A stretch of 26,716 nt of DNA. Origin: Candidatus Eiseniibacteriota bacterium (GTDB lineage Bacteria > Eisenbacteria > RBG-16-71-46). How positions within the stretch are numbered: position 1 is the first letter of the stretch; every line of letters starts with the position of its first letter. The notes beneath the pieces were generated by a model, which worked only from the letters and a program-made list of their open reading frames with translations, was not told where the DNA came from and ran no database searches. Positions 22,721 through 26,716 of this stretch are shown here, one piece after another. The position numbers and the translations under genes were made by a program. Location: contig JBGAOA010000059.1 of NCBI GenBank assembly GCA_044222065.1, positions 1 to 26,716 on the forward strand, in the 5' to 3' direction.

Positions 22721-24472
22721 CTAGCGTGCGACGGCGACGCGGACGACGGCGCCCCCGGATGCCGCCACGGCCCGCGCGAAGTACAGGCCCGCGGGCAGCG
22801 CCTGCGTGCCGCCGATCACGACCTCGCCCGGGGAAACGTCCAGGCGCTCGCGCGCGAGCCGCCGGCCCGAAACGTCGTAGAGCTCGAGGCGCACGTCCTC
22901 CGCACGCGCGAGCGCGAAGGTCACGCAAACGCCGCGCGCGGGATCGAAGCGCGCGCGAATCGCCGACCCGGTGATGGTCCCCGGCTTCACGTCCGCGGTC
23001 AGACCGCCCGGACCGAAACGGAAGGCGTAGTACTCCGGGTACGGAAGCCAGGCCACGACGACTCCGCCGGACTCGTCCGCCACGAGCCGCGCGAGATTGT
23101 GCGGACCTCCCTCGCCGAGGCTCACTCCCGGCGCGAGCGTCCTCGGCAGATTGGAGGTCGGCCAGCCGGGGGCGACGACGCCACCCGGGCCCATTCTCGT
23201 CACGAGCAGCGGCCCCGTGCACGACAAGTGCGGGCAGTCCCGGGGAACCATGCTCGCGACGAACAAACCGGCGCCGTCGGCCACGAGCGACACCGACATC
23301 TCGCCGCCGACGATCGGCGGAGCCGTCCACCCGGATGCAATCGTTCCATCGAGCAGCACGCGACTCGCGTGGAGCAGGAAGTCGGCCTCGTCTCGCCAGC
23401 CGACGTAAGCCGAACCCAGCCGATCGCCGGCCGCAGCCGGCCAGTTCTCGTCGACCGGGAAGTGCGCCGAGGGCCAGCCGGCACCGCTCGCGAGCACGCG
23501 CCCGCCCGCGGGCCAGGCGGGATCCTCGTCGAGGGTGGAGCGCAGATGGAACGCTCGCACGACCCCGTTTCTTCCGAGCGTGAACGCGAACGCGCCCCCG
23601 GCGCCGTCGAGCGCGAGGGCCACCGGAGCGTAGGGATAGAGCGTCCCAACCTCGCCCGCCGGCAACGAGAGCACCCGGCCGTTCGGCGCCTGCCCCGCAG
23701 TCTTGCGACCGCTGGTGTCGAGGTGCGTCACCGCGTACGAAGAAGGGAAGGTCAGCGTGTCGAGTCCAATGCGCGTGTACGAGATCCAGAACCCGCGATC
23801 GCCGTCCCGCAGCAGCCGCGGCTTCACGCTTCCCGTGGTGGATCCGCCGCCGCTCGTGATGAGGAGCCCCTGCGCCGGGAATCCGCTCGCACGCGAACCG
23901 TTCGCGTGGAATCGCTGCGTCACGATCTCCTTCGTCTCGCCGGACGCAGAGCGCTGCCACGCCAACAGCACACCGCCCCGGCCATCGTCGGCACCGACAA
24001 GACCGGACTGCCCCGTCGCGGTGTCGAGCGCGATGCCGGCCGCCGGCCAGCCCGGGGCCACCGCGCCGCCGGAGCCGATACGGCACACCCGCGACGTACC
24101 CGCGGGATCGTCCCAGTAGAGGTAGGCGCCACCCGCCCCGTCGGGAATCACACCGGCCGCCCCGGTCCAGTTCGACAGTGCGCACGCCCGCACGCCGGTC
24201 GCGGTCCAGCCGTCCGGCGGATCGCCCGCGGCGGTGAGTCGATGGATGCGAAACGCGATCGCGCCGAGCGTGTCCGCTTCGGGCCACGCGATGTAGGTGC
24301 CGCCCTCGCCATCGGAGCCGATGGTGGCGATCCCGCTCGAAGCCGGAGGCGCGGGACGCACGAGATGCACGCCGTTCGGGCCCCAGGTGGCGAGCGAGTC
24401 CTGCGCCGTCAGTGCCAGGAGCGGCGCGCAGGCGAGGACGAGTTCGAGGACGAGCCGGCGATTCGATTTCAT
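22721..24472 (-). CDS. Secreted repeat protein (probable 8-bladed beta-propeller) with a compact T9SS-A-like C-terminal domain
   Basis: SD GGGAGG and signal peptide ending DSLA-T. Eight xxDGxGGxxxxW-type repeats alternate with GxxxxGWPxxG motifs. C-terminal LELYDVSGRRL...LPAGLYFARA...VRVAVAR. Confidence 0.85.
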   Translation of the reverse strand: MKSNRRLVLELVLACAPLLALTAQDSLATWGPNGVHLVRPAPPASSGIATIGSDGEGGTYIAWPEADTLGAIAFRIHRLTAAGDPPDGWTATGVRACALSNWTGAAGVIPDGAGGAYLYWDDPAGTSRVCRIGSGGAVAPGWPAAGIALDTATGQSGLVGADDGRGGVLLAWQRSASGETKEIVTQRFHANGSRASGFPAQGLLITSGGGSTTGSVKPRLLRDGDRGFWISYTRIGLDTLTFPSSYAVTHLDTSGRKTAGQAPNGRVLSLPAGEVGTLYPYAPVALALDGAGGAFAFTLGRNGVVRAFHLRSTLDEDPAWPAGGRVLASGAGWPSAHFPVDENWPAAAGDRLGSAYVGWRDEADFLLHASRVLLDGTIASGWTAPPIVGGEMSVSLVADGAGLFVASMVPRDCPHLSCTGPLLVTRMGPGGVVAPGWPTSNLPRTLAPGVSLGEGGPHNLARLVADESGGVVVAWLPYPEYYAFRFGPGGLTADVKPGTITGSAIRARFDPARGVCVTFALARAEDVRLELYDVSGRRLARERLDVSPGEVVIGGTQALPAGLYFARAVAASGGAVVRVAVAR

Positions 24473-24633
24473 GGCGCGGGCCTCCCGTAAGGTTCCGCTC
24501 GCAAGGCACGGCGGCGAACGGACGCAAAGGTACGTCCGAACCGGCGCGGAGTCCCGTCAGGAATGCGGCGGCCGGAATCGGACGTCGGGCGTCCCGAGGA
24601 CGATGCCGGCGGGCGTGGCGACGCCGAACCCGG

Positions 24634-26715
24634 TCAGTGCAGCAGCGTGAGCTTGCGCGTCACCTGCTGCCCGCGACTCGCGAGTCGGTAGAAGTAGACG
24701 CCGGGCCGCTGCCTCCGGCCCGCCGCATCGCGCGCGTCCCACTCGACCTCGTGGACTCCCGCCTCGAGATCGCGGTTCACGAGCGTGCGCACGCGCCGTC
24801 CGCCGACGTCGAACACCGCCAGATCCGCGTGTCCGGGGTTCGCGAGCTCGAAGCGGAGCAGCGTCGTCGAGGCGACGGGGTTGGGGACGTTCGCGTGCAG
24901 CAGGAGCGCCGCGCGCGGAACCGAAGACTCGACCGCCGTCGTCGGCGGCGTCGTCGGCACGCCCGTGATGCGGATCTCGTCGAGGTTCCAGCCGCCGTAC
25001 TGGAACGAGCCGTTGCTCTTGAGCGTCCAGCCGACGTGGACCGAACTCCGGCCGTCGGCGAGCGCCGAGATGTCGAGATCCTGAATCGTCCAGCCCGCGT
25101 CGTTCGTGTTCGAAGCTGACGAGCTTTCCCAGACGGTCTGCCCGTTGACCTGCACCTGCGCCCAGTCGAGCGTGTTTCCGTTCGAGCGCTGGACCGCGAG
25201 CTTGCGCGCGAACGACAGCCGCACGCCCGCGTAGAGCGAGCAGCTCACGGCGGGCGAGGTGAACCACGTGTCGCAGTTCACGTCGTAGCGACCGGCCACG
25301 CCGCCGACGCCCGAGAGGTCCGTGCCCGCGATCTTGCTGCCGGCGTAGGCGGCGGTCGGATCTTCGAAGAAGCCGCCCGGAGGGCCCACCTGCCAGTCGT
25401 CCTTCGTGCCGCCGTGCGTCCAGCCCGGCGCGCCGAATTCGAATCCCTCGGCGAGCAGCGTCTCGCGCGGCGCCACGACGAAGTGGTTCACGGTGGCCGG
25501 GGCGCCGAGCGGGTGGCGCGCCGTCCGACCGGCGCTGTCCCGTGCGCTCAGCCAGTAGGACACGGTGCCGATCGGCTGGACCGGAATGAACGCGTGCCAG
25601 CGGTTCGGCGTTGCCGTCGCCGTCAGCGGCGTGCTCGACCATTCCCCTCCGGCCGACCAGTGGAGCTGTAGCGAGTCGGCGACGAGCGCGGAGACCTGCG
25701 ACACGTCCGCGACGACTTCGATCGGCGTCGCGGTGTTCTCGCTGCCCGCGATCGGCGTGTGCGTGATGTGAAGGCCTGGAGCGCCCGCGAGGTGCGCCAC
25801 GGTCGCGAGTCCGGCCTTGACGACCTCGGCGCCGAACACCGTCTGGTTCCAGCGCACCGAATCGCACGTCTGGTGGTAGCACGGATAGTCGGGATACTCG
25901 TTCTCGATCGCGAGGAACGACGAGTAGCCCGCGTTCTGGAACGGCACGTGGTCCGAGCCCCAGCTTCCGAGCACGACGTTCGTCAGCAGCGTGGTGTACT
26001 GCGCGCACGCGTCCACCATCACGTTCATGACGGGCAGGTAGGGCGTCTCGCCTTCGACGTCGATCTTGTTCTGCAGGTTGTGCCACCCGATCATGTCGAA
26101 GATCACGGCCGTGGTGATCGTGTCGCCTCGCCCCGCCGCCGCGTTCGCGTAGTGCTGCGAGCCGTAGAGACCCTGCTCTTCGCCCGTGAACGCGATGAAG
26201 CGGATCGTCTTCTTGAACGGATACGCGCGCACGATGCGGGCGATCTCGAGCAGTCCCGCGACGCCGCTGGCGTTGTCGTTCGCGCCCGGAGCGAACGTGC
26301 TCGCCGTCGGCGACGTCGAGTCGAGGTGCGCGCCGAGCACGACGACCTGTCCCGGCGTCTCCGTTCCGGGCAGCGTCGCGACGACGTTGCGCGCCGAGGT
26401 CGAGCCGAACGTGTAGGGGTCGTACTGAACGTCGGTGTAGCCGAGGTCCACGAGGCGCTCGAACACCCATTGCTCCGCCTTGTCGCACTGCGACGTGGGG
26501 GAGGCGCGCGTGACGAACGTGACCGGCAGTCCGCCGACCGTGGTGGGACGACCGTTGCCCATGTCGTAGATCCAGTCCATGACGCGGGCGCCGGAGACCT
26601 GGTTGACCATGGTCGGGATCACCGGCAGGAACGTCGTCGCCAGCGTGACGTTCGGGGCCGCCTTCGACGACCCGATCGCGAGCGGCGTGTCGCCGAGCAC
26701 CTTGTGCGCGTGCGC
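24634..26715 (-). CDS. M28-family zinc aminopeptidase with accessory beta-sandwich (MAM/adhesin-like) domains and a C-terminal FlgD-Ig-like domain; 5' end lies outside the window
   Basis: M28 motifs GAHLDS, PGANDNASG, FTGEEQGLYGS, FDMIG, SDHVPF and YHQTCD. Accessory domain ...TSP...GWNLDEIRI. C-terminal NVPNP...FDVGGRRVRTL...WDARDAAGRRQRPGVYFYRL...TRKLTLLH. The frame is open to the window edge. Confidence 0.92.
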   Translation of the reverse strand, partial: AHAHKVLGDTPLAIGSSKAAPNVTLATTFLPVIPTMVNQVSGARVMDWIYDMGNGRPTTVGGLPVTFVTRASPTSQCDKAEQWVFERLVDLGYTDVQYDPYTFGSTSARNVVATLPGTETPGQVVVLGAHLDSTSPTASTFAPGANDNASGVAGLLEIARIVRAYPFKKTIRFIAFTGEEQGLYGSQHYANAAAGRGDTITTAVIFDMIGWHNLQNKIDVEGETPYLPVMNVMVDACAQYTTLLTNVVLGSWGSDHVPFQNAGYSSFLAIENEYPDYPCYHQTCDSVRWNQTVFGAEVVKAGLATVAHLAGAPGLHITHTPIAGSENTATPIEVVADVSQVSALVADSLQLHWSAGGEWSSTPLTATATPNRWHAFIPVQPIGTVSYWLSARDSAGRTARHPLGAPATVNHFVVAPRETLLAEGFEFGAPGWTHGGTKDDWQVGPPGGFFEDPTAAYAGSKIAGTDLSGVGGVAGRYDVNCDTWFTSPAVSCSLYAGVRLSFARKLAVQRSNGNTLDWAQVQVNGQTVWESSSASNTNDAGWTIQDLDISALADGRSSVHVGWTLKSNGSFQYGGWNLDEIRITGVPTTPPTTAVESSVPRAALLLHANVPNPVASTTLLRFELANPGHADLAVFDVGGRRVRTLVNRDLEAGVHEVEWDARDAAGRRQRPGVYFYRLASRGQQVTRKLTLLH

Positions 26716-26716
26716 G

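Noticed and set aside
1..26716. CRISPR arrays, IS elements, integrases, prophage or defence genes
   Set aside because: No regularly spaced repeat-spacer units, transposase or integrase motifs, terminal inverted repeats or phage genes were seen.

Overview
Very GC-rich (roughly 70% by eye) bacterial chromosomal window with no rRNA, tRNA, CRISPR array or recognisable mobile element. It has about 21 credible genes. (1) A DUF4386-like membrane protein, followed by an ECF sigma factor coupled to a small membrane protein. (2) A three-gene minus-strand cyanophycin locus: cphB, full-length cphA1 with an intact N-domain hydrolytic motif, and a CphA paralogue that keeps an N-like domain and the Mur-ligase (M) domain but has lost the whole ATP-grasp (G) domain. 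(3) A GNAT acetyltransferase. (4) A multiply frameshifted MocR/GabR-type regulator, divergent from a DinB-family gene and a Tat-exported protein. (5) A DUF2911-TPR protein. (6) Many exported proteins ending in one of two mutually exclusive C-terminal modules: a FlgD-Ig/T9SS type-A-like domain (6 proteins plus one orphan domain), or a 17-residue tail P-[TV]-[PA]-x3-[AT]-SWGR[IL]K-x2-YR-stop (3 unrelated proteins). That tail looks like an uncharacterised sorting or anchoring signal. The combination suggests an uncultured FCB-associated lineage such as Ca. Eisenbacteria or Krumholzibacteriota (inference only). The strongest novelty candidates are the SWGRxKxxYR tail and the G-domain-less CphA paralogue. 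Family assignments come from motif recognition; no database searches were run.
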